Position numbers and translations under genes: made by a program. From Cyanophyceae cyanobacterium (lineage in GTDB: Bacteria; Cyanobacteriota; Cyanobacteriia; Cyanobacteriales; JBHJGN01), in assembly GCA_050331735.1 (NCBI GenBank), contig JBHJGN010000038.1, forward strand, positions 1 to 37,382: 37,382 bases of DNA. The letters are read 5' to 3'. Below are positions 9,545 to 17,236 of this stretch, piece after piece (positions within the stretch are counted from its first letter, which is position 1; each line of letters begins with the position of its first letter). The notes beneath the pieces are model-generated. The model was given only the letters and a program-made list of their open reading frames with translations, was not told the DNA's origin and did not search any database.

Positions 9545-9645
9545 TTGAGCTTTTAGCGATTAGCCGTTACCGATTAGCTACGTAGGCAACAGCAATTAAT
9601 CAATAAGTTTGAGAATTGAAAGCTAAGAGCTAATAGCTAACGGCT
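9545..9645. repeat. Short tandem heptamer repeats (TTAGCnn / nGCTAA) in inverted arrangement
   Basis: TTTAGCGATTAGCCGTTACCGATTAGC faces GCTAAGAGCTAATAGCTAACGGCT. Resembles cyanobacterial STRR-type intergenic repeats. Confidence 0.55.
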
Positions 9646-9651
9646 TTAAAG

Positions 9652-10518
9652 TTATTCGTGAGAATGCTCCACCACCTCACCTTCTAAACGGCAGTGTCCT
9701 TCGCCAACGTGACCTAATCCGTTGAGCGCCGCCTGTAGCTTCTGGTAATCTTCAGCAGGTAGTTCTGCTTCTAAGGTTGCCTGATCGACCTCTAACGTCC
9801 CATCCTGGGCAAGAGCGACAAATGGTTCAAACCCAACTGCCCCTTGATTGATAGGATCGTCTGTGGGCGCTTCCCCATCGCCAAATAGGTGGTCGAAGTG
9901 AAAAGTCGCTTCTAATTCTGCTTCGTCGCTCAAGATTCCTTTGCGCTCGTCGCCCACAAACTGTCCGCAAGTGTATTCGAGGGGCTGATCGAGATTCATT
10001 GCAAAATTTACGGTTTGACCGTCCTTTGTAGCAGTGCCGTTAAGAACGATAGTGTGTCCGGCGGCAGGTCCTTCTGTTGCTTCTGTCACTTTCCAGGCAA
10101 GAGCATTATAGGTTCCTGTCGGAGCTGTCTGCGTTGCTACCTCAACGGGATCTGCGTCTTCGTCGCCAGCAGCTAAATCAACCGTTTGGGGTTCTTCGAT
10201 AAAAGTGACTTCGTTGGTGGCAGAAAGCTCTTCGCTGCTATCTGGGTCAAAGGGTGGCTCGGTTTGATAAGCCGTTGCATCATCGAGGGTGATGTAGACG
10301 TTCTCAAAGTCGATTTGCCATCCATCTTTCGTGACAAACCCCTGGCGCACAAAATCTTCTCCGTTAGCAACTAGAGCTAAGGTTCCTTCTCCGGCTGCTT
10401 GGGTTTCAGTGGTCGAGGAGCTAGGCTCAGCCGCTTCATCAGCCGCTTCAGGAGTACAGCCGATTAGCAGGTGCGCTGCCAATACACCTAAACCAGCTAG
10501 AAGTAATCGTTGTTTCAT
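9652..10518 (-). CDS. Acidic lipoprotein, DUF4382-like, probable metal-binding component
   Basis: MKQRLL...LIGC lipobox, ANGEDFVRQGFVTKDGW, TFHFDHLFGD, GHVGEGHC. First gene of the operon. Confidence 0.75.
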   Translation of the reverse strand: MKQRLLLAGLGVLAAHLLIGCTPEAADEAAEPSSSTTETQAAGEGTLALVANGEDFVRQGFVTKDGWQIDFENVYITLDDATAYQTEPPFDPDSSEELSATNEVTFIEEPQTVDLAAGDEDADPVEVATQTAPTGTYNALAWKVTEATEGPAAGHTIVLNGTATKDGQTVNFAMNLDQPLEYTCGQFVGDERKGILSDEAELEATFHFDHLFGDGEAPTDDPINQGAVGFEPFVALAQDGTLEVDQATLEAELPAEDYQKLQAALNGLGHVGEGHCRLEGEVVEHSHE

Positions 10519-10548
10519 CAACTTTAGTAACAATCAACTTTAGTAACA
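10517..10548. repeat. Perfect 16-bp tandem duplication ATCAACTTTAGTAACA x2
   Basis: Copies at 10517-10532 and 10533-10548, at the start codon of the operon's first gene. Confidence 0.85.
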
Positions 10549-10729
10549 GTCAAGTAGTCTATGACATTTTATTGTTCTAGTTCCGATTACTAATTACAAT
10601 GCCCCCAGAGGGGATAAATTGAGAAGAGGCCAGAACGATGACGCGGCTATCCCCTTCACGACTCGCAGCAGGGAGGGGAAGGATAGCGGGTTGTTGAGCG
10701 GACATCGAACCCCGCTCAACAACCAAATC

Positions 10730-11143
10730 CTAACCCCTTGAGTGAGCTTGAATATATTCTTCCAAAACCTTTAGCGGAGCGCCACCAGCAGAGCGAATAT
10801 AAAGCTGGTCGCCCCAAAGCCCTTTTTTCCAGTTAGGAAAGTGTGGTCTTAGTTGAGCCTCAAATTCTTTTCTGATAGTGCGACTGGTAGCCGACTTAAT
10901 TGACCCGAGTAGTGTAGAGATGTTGTTCGCTGGATGCAGGTCAATGAGTAAATGAATGTGGTCTGCATCGCCTTGGCATTCAAGCAGGGCAGATTGTTTT
11001 TTGACCAGTATACTTCCGGCTACTGCGACAAAACGCTCAGTCATTAGTGATGACAAAACCTTCTTTCGATAAGCGGTGACAAAATAGGTGTGCAACTGAA
11101 TAGAATAGATGCAGTGAGCGCCTTTGTTATAGATAGTTGTCAC
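10730..11143 (-). CDS. tnpA: IS200/IS605 Y1 transposase TnpA
   Basis: HTYFVTAYRK, HUH motif DHIHLL, KSATSR, SAGGAPLKVLEEYI (catalytic Tyr). Likely GTG start at 11143. Confidence 0.9.
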   Translation of the reverse strand: MTTIYNKGAHCIYSIQLHTYFVTAYRKKVLSSLMTERFVAVAGSILVKKQSALLECQGDADHIHLLIDLHPANNISTLLGSIKSATSRTIRKEFEAQLRPHFPNWKKGLWGDQLYIRSAGGAPLKVLEEYIQAHSRG

Positions 11144-11171
11144 GCTGTTCGACTCATGGTAGGATGTTGAT

Positions 11172-12476
11172 ATGCTAACACGCAGAGTCACCTATCGGCT
11201 GTATCCATCCCGTTCTCAAGCTAACAAGCTACATTGGGCGCGGAAAGCTCACTGCGATCTTTATAATGCAGCGATTGCTAATCGGAGGACACAGTATAAG
11301 CGGTTTGATCATTCAGTAGATTACCGAGAGCAGCAAAATTCACTGCCAGCTTTCAAAGATGTTTGGTCCGAATACAAAGAGTTTGGCGGTCACGCTTTAC
11401 AGGCGACGCTGAAGCGAGTCGATTTTGCTTACCAGCGTTTTTTCAACGGACTTGGAGGCTATCCAAAGTTCAAAGCTAAGCGATTCTATCGTGGCTGGAC
11501 TTATCCGTGTAAGCAGAGCTGGAAAGCTCATACCAGCGGGGTCAATGGTAAGCTTGAGCTTCGGGACTTGGGGTTGAAACTCAAGATGCGAGGGCAAGCT
11601 CGAACTTGGGGAACTTCCAGTACCTGCACAATCTTTTTTCATCAAGGGAAGTGGTACGTCTCTATTACTGTCAAGTGTCTTCCCGATCGCAACACAGGCA
11701 GTGGTGCTGTTGGCATTGACTTGGGCTGCAAGGATGCTGTAACGCTTTCTACCCAGGAAAAGATAGCTAAGCCAGAGTTTATTAAGGAGGGGCAGCGGCA
11801 GGTTAAAGCAGCGTCAAAGCGACTAAGGCGCAAAAGAGCGCCTAAGCGAAACAAAAAGAGCGCGGAATACGACTGCCCGTCTGAGTGCGGGAACCGAGTT
11901 CCCGCACGAGGAGCGGTTAAGGCTTCCCGACGCTGGAAGCGTAAAAGAGCCAAGGTTTCTCAACTACAAAGGAAAGTAGCCCGTCAGCGAGAGGACTGGC
12001 TACATCAACTCACCAGCAGCATAGTGAGCGCTAATAGCCTAGTTGCTGGCGAACAGCTCAACGTAAAGGGCATGACCCGCAAGGGGAAACGTCAGTGCAA
12101 GCGCGGTCTGAACCGCTCTATTTTAGAGGTAGGTTTTGGCACAATTGGGGGACTGCTTGATTACAAGCTCAAGGAAGCCAACGGGGTCTATCTTGAGTCA
12201 CCGACTCGCACTCTCAAGCCAACTCAACGATGCCTTAAGTGCTGGGAGCTAACACCTAAATCTCTTTCAGACAGGGTTCACGTCTGTCAGCACTGCCAGC
12301 ACACCGAAGACCGTGATGTTAATGCTGCTCAAGTCAACCTGGCTTGGGCAAGGGGGCAGGAACTGTCCTCTTTAGCCGTCGAGTCGCCTAGCTCTACTTC
12401 CGGCGGAAGCATGAAGCAACTGGGGATGTTGAAGCGTCAGAAACCCCGTCCTCAGCCGTCAGGCAGGGCGGGGTAG
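11172..12476 (+). CDS. tnpB: TnpB RNA-guided endonuclease
   Basis: YRLYP N-terminus, GYPKFK, RuvC motifs GIDLG / GEQLNVKGM / DRDVNAA, zinc finger CLKC...CQHC. Confidence 0.95.
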   Translation: MLTRRVTYRLYPSRSQANKLHWARKAHCDLYNAAIANRRTQYKRFDHSVDYREQQNSLPAFKDVWSEYKEFGGHALQATLKRVDFAYQRFFNGLGGYPKFKAKRFYRGWTYPCKQSWKAHTSGVNGKLELRDLGLKLKMRGQARTWGTSSTCTIFFHQGKWYVSITVKCLPDRNTGSGAVGIDLGCKDAVTLSTQEKIAKPEFIKEGQRQVKAASKRLRRKRAPKRNKKSAEYDCPSECGNRVPARGAVKASRRWKRKRAKVSQLQRKVARQREDWLHQLTSSIVSANSLVAGEQLNVKGMTRKGKRQCKRGLNRSILEVGFGTIGGLLDYKLKEANGVYLESPTRTLKPTQRCLKCWELTPKSLSDRVHVCQHCQHTEDRDVNAAQVNLAWARGQELSSLAVESPSSTSGGSMKQLGMLKRQKPRPQPSGRAG

Positions 12477-12596
12477 TTCATGAAGCACGGTATGATCGAG
12501 TCAATAGTCCTCTGTCGTTTTACGACAGGACTCGCCAAGTATTTGCCCGCTCTGACCTCAGAGGGCGCAATGTCGTTCAAATTTCATTGATAATGT

Positions 12597-13523
12597 ATGG
12601 ATATTAGTGCTGCTCTACCAACGTTTTTAGTAACGCTGCGAGAAGGGTTTGAGGCGGCTCTGGTTGTCGGGATTGTGTTAGCCTGTCTTAAAAAAGCCCA
12701 AGCTACCTCGCTGTACCGCTGGGTTTATCTTGGTATTGGCGGTGGTATTACTGCCAGTATCGTCGTTGGTTTATTTCTTCAAGAAGTTTTACAGAAGCTA
12801 GTAACGGCTAACGGGCTCTACGCCCCAGTTGTCAAGGAGAGTTTTGAAGGAATTCTGGGCTTGGTGGCGATCGCGATGCTGAGCTGGATGCTGATCTGGA
12901 TGACGCAGCAGGCCAAATCGGTCAAATCGGAAGTAGAGGGGTCTGTTGGGAAAGCATTGGCCCAAGGCGGCGCTGGCAGCGGGATTTTTTTGCTGGTGTT
13001 TATCGCTGTGCTGCGAGAAGGGTTTGAAACAGTTATTTTTATCGTTGCCAAGTTTCAGCAGGAGTGGACCTCCTCGGTGGTTGGTTCTGCGGCTGGATTA
13101 GCGGGAGCGGTTGTTCTCGGAATTTTGCTGTTTCAACTGGGAGTAAAAATCAATGTGCGTCTCTTTTTCCAAGTGATGGGAGTATTCCTGCTGTTGATTG
13201 TTGGTGGTTTGGTGGTGGGAGCGCTGAAGCATTTTGACGCGGCAGCAGGGCTGCTCTCAGAACTGAACGCTCGCTACTCTCTCTGCTTTGGGAGCGGCTC
13301 ATCATGTCTTTTAGGTCCGCAAGTGTGGAATGGAGCCGATGTTTTGCCCGACAAACAGCTTCCCGGCATTGTCCTCAAAGCGCTATTTGGCTACAGACAA
13401 ACGATTTATCTCGGACAGGCGATCGCCTATGGACTCTTTTTAGCTTTCGTTGGCGGTGCTTACTTTCAAAGCTTGTCTGAGCGTACTACCGGGCAAAAAA
13501 CTCCCTCCGCCGGAACGAGCTAA
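12597..13523 (+). CDS. FTR1/EfeU-family iron permease
   Basis: Two REGFE (RExxE) motifs and about 7 transmembrane segments. Confidence 0.92.
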   Translation: MDISAALPTFLVTLREGFEAALVVGIVLACLKKAQATSLYRWVYLGIGGGITASIVVGLFLQEVLQKLVTANGLYAPVVKESFEGILGLVAIAMLSWMLIWMTQQAKSVKSEVEGSVGKALAQGGAGSGIFLLVFIAVLREGFETVIFIVAKFQQEWTSSVVGSAAGLAGAVVLGILLFQLGVKINVRLFFQVMGVFLLLIVGGLVVGALKHFDAAAGLLSELNARYSLCFGSGSSCLLGPQVWNGADVLPDKQLPGIVLKALFGYRQTIYLGQAIAYGLFLAFVGGAYFQSLSERTTGQKTPSAGTS

Positions 13524-13931
13524 TCGCAGTTTGGGCGCTCTCAGGCTGTTCTTGTTTAAGCCCCTGTTACCAGGCAGTATAAAAATTAGTCTTTTGACCC
13601 GTGCCAAACAGCAGTTTTGCTTGGATTCCTTAACCAAGAAGCTGCTTGAGAAGCAAACTTTTTCCTCAATAGCTTCTCGCAAAGGCTGACGTGCCTACAA
13701 AGACCTATTTTTTACCCCAAGAAGGAAAATCTAGATAGATTTTGCCGCCTAAGTTCTAAAAAAAACGGGAAATTTTGTAGTATCAGCGCTACCACTTATA
13801 GCTGAGAAAAAAGTCAAGTCATTTACCGATTTTTTTACCTTTGCTTCTTAGCGTTTATCAGTAAATCAACTAACCATGCCAGCAATACTCCTCAAGGGAA
13901 GATGTGGCACTTACTGAGGATCTCTAAAAAG

Positions 13932-14450
13932 ATGAAGAGACAATTATTAACATTAGGGAGTTTAGCGCTAGTGCTGCTATCTGGTGGCGCTGTCGCTCAA
14001 GCTCAAACGACCGAACCATCCTCTGAGCCGACAACCGAGCCATCTCCTGAAGCTCCGGTTCAGGAAACAACCCCAACCGAAGTCAGCTCAGAAGAACTTG
14101 AGCAATTCGCCACTGCTATGGAGCAAATGCAGGTAATTCGCCAAGACTACGAAGGTCAGATGGTGCAGGCTGTTGAAAGCGAAGGACTCAGCAAAGAGCG
14201 ATTTATTGAAATTAGCCAGGTACAGCGTGACCCAGAAGCTCAACCGGCTTCAGAAATTAGTCAAGAAGAACAGGAGAGTTTTGAGAATGCCGTTGCTCGA
14301 CTCGTCGAGCTTCAGCAGGAAGCTAAAGACAAGATGAAAGAAGCTGTTCAATCCCAAGGGCTGGAGGTATCTCGCTTCAACGAAATCTTGGCAGCCGTTA
14401 AGCAGGATCCTAATCTTCAGCAAGAAGTTCAGCAAATGAACCCTAACTAG
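13932..14450 (+). CDS. Secreted DUF4168-family protein
   Basis: Signal peptide, P/E/T linker, EVSSEELEQFATA...AVESEGLSKERF and a repeated unit AVQSQGLEVSRFNEI...DPNLQ. Confidence 0.82.
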   Translation: MKRQLLTLGSLALVLLSGGAVAQAQTTEPSSEPTTEPSPEAPVQETTPTEVSSEELEQFATAMEQMQVIRQDYEGQMVQAVESEGLSKERFIEISQVQRDPEAQPASEISQEEQESFENAVARLVELQQEAKDKMKEAVQSQGLEVSRFNEILAAVKQDPNLQQEVQQMNPN

Positions 14451-14537
14451 AAAGCTGCCCTACAGTGGCCCCGTTCTAGCTAGTTAACCTCCAGCGTTTA
14501 AGAGATATCTCGTTAACCTACTCATTCTTACGGAAAT

Positions 14538-14702
14538 ATGCTTAAGACACTACAGTTAACAACCCTGTCCCTATTTCTAGGATCGGCTCTGTTTCTGGGA
14601 GCCTGTGAATCTCCTGACACAACCGCCCCCGCCCCAGAAGAACCCACTGAAGAGGGAGTTGAAGCCCCACCGGAAGCCCCCGAAGAACCAGCCGGCGAAT
14701 AA
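14538..14702 (+). CDS. 54-aa acidic Pro/Glu-rich lipoprotein (not in the ORF track)
   Basis: MLKTLQLTTLSLFLGSALFLGAC-ESPDTTAPAPEEPTEEGVEAPPEAPEEPAGE*, with an LGAC lipobox and a strong hairpin downstream. Confidence 0.75.
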   Translation: MLKTLQLTTLSLFLGSALFLGACESPDTTAPAPEEPTEEGVEAPPEAPEEPAGE

Positions 14703-14742
14703 ATTGACGAGTCTGCGGTGATTGTCAATTCCTTCTAGACTA

Positions 14743-14778
14743 GAAATTAGCCACTAGGATTGCTTAGTGGCTAATTTC
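14743..14778 (+). terminator. Long stem-loop, probable terminator
   Basis: GAAATTAGCCACTAGG-ATTG-CTTAGTGGCTAATTTC, a 16-bp stem with one G-U pair. Confidence 0.65.
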
Positions 14779-14968
14779 GGGGAGGAGCTTGTCGATTGTT
14801 ACCGTGACAGACTACCGCTAGCGCCTTCTCTAGATTCAGAATAGCAACAGCGACAGCGTTCTTCAGATCAAAAGCGTCCGTTGGGACTGTTGACACGAAT
14901 GACGCGACTCTCACCGTCGAGATGGGAATGAGGAGCGCTGAAAACACTGTTAAGAGCGGACATAGAGC

Positions 14969-15646
14969 ATGAAAATTCTGTTAGTTGAGGATGATGAACG
15001 GATCACTGATGCCGTCGTTGAAGATCTTAGCGATCAACACTACGTCATTGACGTTGCCTATGATGGAGAGTCGGGATGGGACTACGCTGATGCCTTTGAT
15101 TACGACCTCATCTTGCTAGATATCATGCTCCCCAAAATAGACGGAATCAGCCTGTGCAGGCGATTGCGCTCTCAAGGATGTCATATTCCCATTTTGATGC
15201 TGACAGCCCGCGATACGGTTCACGACCGCGTAGCTGGTTTGGATGCTGGAGCCGACGATTATCTGGTTAAACCCTTCGATCTCCAAGAGCTATCGGCTCG
15301 GATTCGCGCTCTGCTCCGGCGAGGCAATTCGCCGTTACCGCCCGTGTTGGAATGGGGAGAGCTAGAGCTAGATCCGAGCACCTGCGAAGTCACCTACGAA
15401 CAACGCCCGCTGACGCTTAGCCCAAAAGAATACCGCTTACTAGAGCTATTTTTGCGCAATGGTCGTCGGGTCTTTAGCCGAGCTCAAATTCTCGAACAGC
15501 TTTGGCCCTTTGAGCGGATTCCAGAGGAGGCAACGGTCAAAGCCCATATCAGAAGCTTACGACAGAAGCTAGAGTTAGTAGGCGCTCCCACCGATCTGAT
15601 TGAAACCGTTTATGGTCTGGGTTATCGTCTTAAAGAGAAGCCCTAA
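14969..15646 (+). CDS. OmpR-family response regulator
   Basis: LLVEDD, LLDIMLP, LMLTARD, DYLVKPF, winged helix ETVYGLGY. Confidence 0.95.
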   Translation: MKILLVEDDERITDAVVEDLSDQHYVIDVAYDGESGWDYADAFDYDLILLDIMLPKIDGISLCRRLRSQGCHIPILMLTARDTVHDRVAGLDAGADDYLVKPFDLQELSARIRALLRRGNSPLPPVLEWGELELDPSTCEVTYEQRPLTLSPKEYRLLELFLRNGRRVFSRAQILEQLWPFERIPEEATVKAHIRSLRQKLELVGAPTDLIETVYGLGYRLKEKP

Positions 15647-15672
15647 AATCTAAGTTATCTCAATAGTCACTG

Positions 15673-17025
15673 ATGTTTAAAGGTCTGCGCTGGCGTTTAC
15701 TAGCGTCATACGTAATCGTGATGGCAGCCATTCTCAGCGTATTTGGCGCTGGCGTTTATATTTTTGTTGGTCGCAGTCTTTACCGTCAGTTAGACAAAAA
15801 ATTACAAACTCTGGCTCAAGCAGCTACGCCCTCACTCAAAGAAATCAGAGTCAGCGGCAGTGAGTATCTCAATGAAGTGGAGGAAGCTCCTTGGCGAGAT
15901 ATATTTAATCGCGATCAGCAAAGCTTGGAATGGTTCGATGCCCAAGGCAAACTGCTGGCCAATCGCGGTGATTTAGTTCTGGGACTAGCTCCCAAGTCGG
16001 GTTCCTGGACAATCAAGGGCACGGCTGATGCTCCGCAGATTCGCACGTTTACCGTTCCGGTGCAGTTAACCGAAGAATTAGAGCCAGGACAGACTTTTTT
16101 AGGAGGGTATGTTCGCGCTAGCCAATCAACAGAATCGCTAGAGATCTTTCAAAAACAGCTCCTGTTTGGCTTAGGGATTGGCGGAGTCGCTACGTTGGGT
16201 CTTGTTGGGATTGGCGGATTTTGGCTCACGCAAAAGTCAATTGAGCCGATAGAGCAAAGCTTTCATCAGCTCAAGCAGTTTACCGCCGACGCTTCCCACG
16301 AGTTGCGCGGTCCCCTAACGGCGATCAAAGCTTCTGTGGACGTGATGTGTAATCATCCCGAGAGAATTCATCCTAAAGATGCCAAAAAAATCTCGGCGAT
16401 CGCCAACGCGACCTCGCAGATGACGAATCTGACCGAAGACCTGCTGTATCTCGCTCGTACAGACGGCACCAGAGCCGTTTCAGATGACAAATGGCATTCC
16501 GTTGCTCTCAACCCCATGCTACAGGGTTTAGTAGATTTGCTCGAGCCGTTTGCTCAAGATAAAAACATTGCTCTCAAGTTCGAGAGTTCTACCAAAGCCT
16601 ACGTCATGGGAGATGACGCTCAGCTCTCTCGGCTATTTTCTAACCTGCTCGAAAACGCGCTTCAGTATACTCCCGAAGGCGGTAGAGTCACGATCCGCCT
16701 GATGAAAAACAGCATTTCGGCGCTCATCAGCGTTGAAGATACGGGCATTGGCATTGCTGCCGATCAGATCCCCTTCGTATTCGATCGCTTTTGGCGGGCC
16801 GATAAAGCTCGCTCTCGCCGCCAAGGAGGAACCGGCTTAGGACTGGCCATTGCCCAGGCGATCGCCCAACGCCACCGCGGTAAAATCACGGTAACGAGTC
16901 AAGTCAACGTCGGCACCAGTTTTCAAGTCCGCTTGCCCCTCAAAGGAATTGTCATGAACCAAAAAGCGGGGGGACGCTCAGCCTCTTCTCCTCCCTCAAA
17001 ATCGGTCTCAGAAAGCGTGAGCTAA
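15673..17025 (+). CDS. Membrane sensor histidine kinase
   Basis: Two transmembrane helices, H-box DASHELRGP, NLLENA, DTGIGI, GGTGLGL. Confidence 0.95.
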   Translation: MFKGLRWRLLASYVIVMAAILSVFGAGVYIFVGRSLYRQLDKKLQTLAQAATPSLKEIRVSGSEYLNEVEEAPWRDIFNRDQQSLEWFDAQGKLLANRGDLVLGLAPKSGSWTIKGTADAPQIRTFTVPVQLTEELEPGQTFLGGYVRASQSTESLEIFQKQLLFGLGIGGVATLGLVGIGGFWLTQKSIEPIEQSFHQLKQFTADASHELRGPLTAIKASVDVMCNHPERIHPKDAKKISAIANATSQMTNLTEDLLYLARTDGTRAVSDDKWHSVALNPMLQGLVDLLEPFAQDKNIALKFESSTKAYVMGDDAQLSRLFSNLLENALQYTPEGGRVTIRLMKNSISALISVEDTGIGIAADQIPFVFDRFWRADKARSRRQGGTGLGLAIAQAIAQRHRGKITVTSQVNVGTSFQVRLPLKGIVMNQKAGGRSASSPPSKSVSESVS

Positions 17026-17236
17026 AGTTCTCTAGAGTACAAAATTCTCTGGTAAGCGAAGGCGGTTGACTGTGAGTGGTGAGTCGACAGCCACAGACCG
17101 ATTTACAATCACCAATTAACCATTAACCATCCCAATGACATTGAGAACGCATCGCGATTTCAAAATAAAGACTAGCTCAAAATTGCCTTTGAGTGCGAGA
17201 ATAGTTATTTCTTTGGTATTTCATTGAGCAAATCCA

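Larger units (their letters stand above)
10643..12481 (+). mobile_element. IS200/IS605-family element with divergent tnpA and tnpB
   Basis: Left end begins GCGGCTATCCCC after TGAC (10639-10642), with hairpins including a perfect 13-bp stem (10689-10701/10712-10724). Right-end hairpin ACCCCGTCCT...AGGGCGGGGT (12443-12474) followed by AGTTCAT. Exact ends are inferred. Confidence 0.85.

Noticed and set aside
10549..10642. Possible cobalamin riboswitch or Zur/Fur box upstream of the ECF operon
   Set aside because: No B12-box or riboswitch core recognised. GATTACTAATTACA matches the TGATAATnATTATCA consensus poorly.
11172..12476. TnpB as a Cas12f-type CRISPR effector or a nuclease-dead TldR
   Set aside because: No CRISPR array or cas genes nearby. 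It is flanked by tnpA and IS ends, and the RuvC D-E-D triad is intact.
14528..14728. Minus-strand 66-aa ORF
   Set aside because: Shadow of the better-supported plus-strand lipoprotein at 14538-14702.
17060..17135. Heptamer-like repeats (ACCAATT/ACCATTA), with similar tracts near 7575 and 20665
   Set aside because: Ordinary cyanobacterial short tandem repeats. No unique spacers, so not CRISPR.
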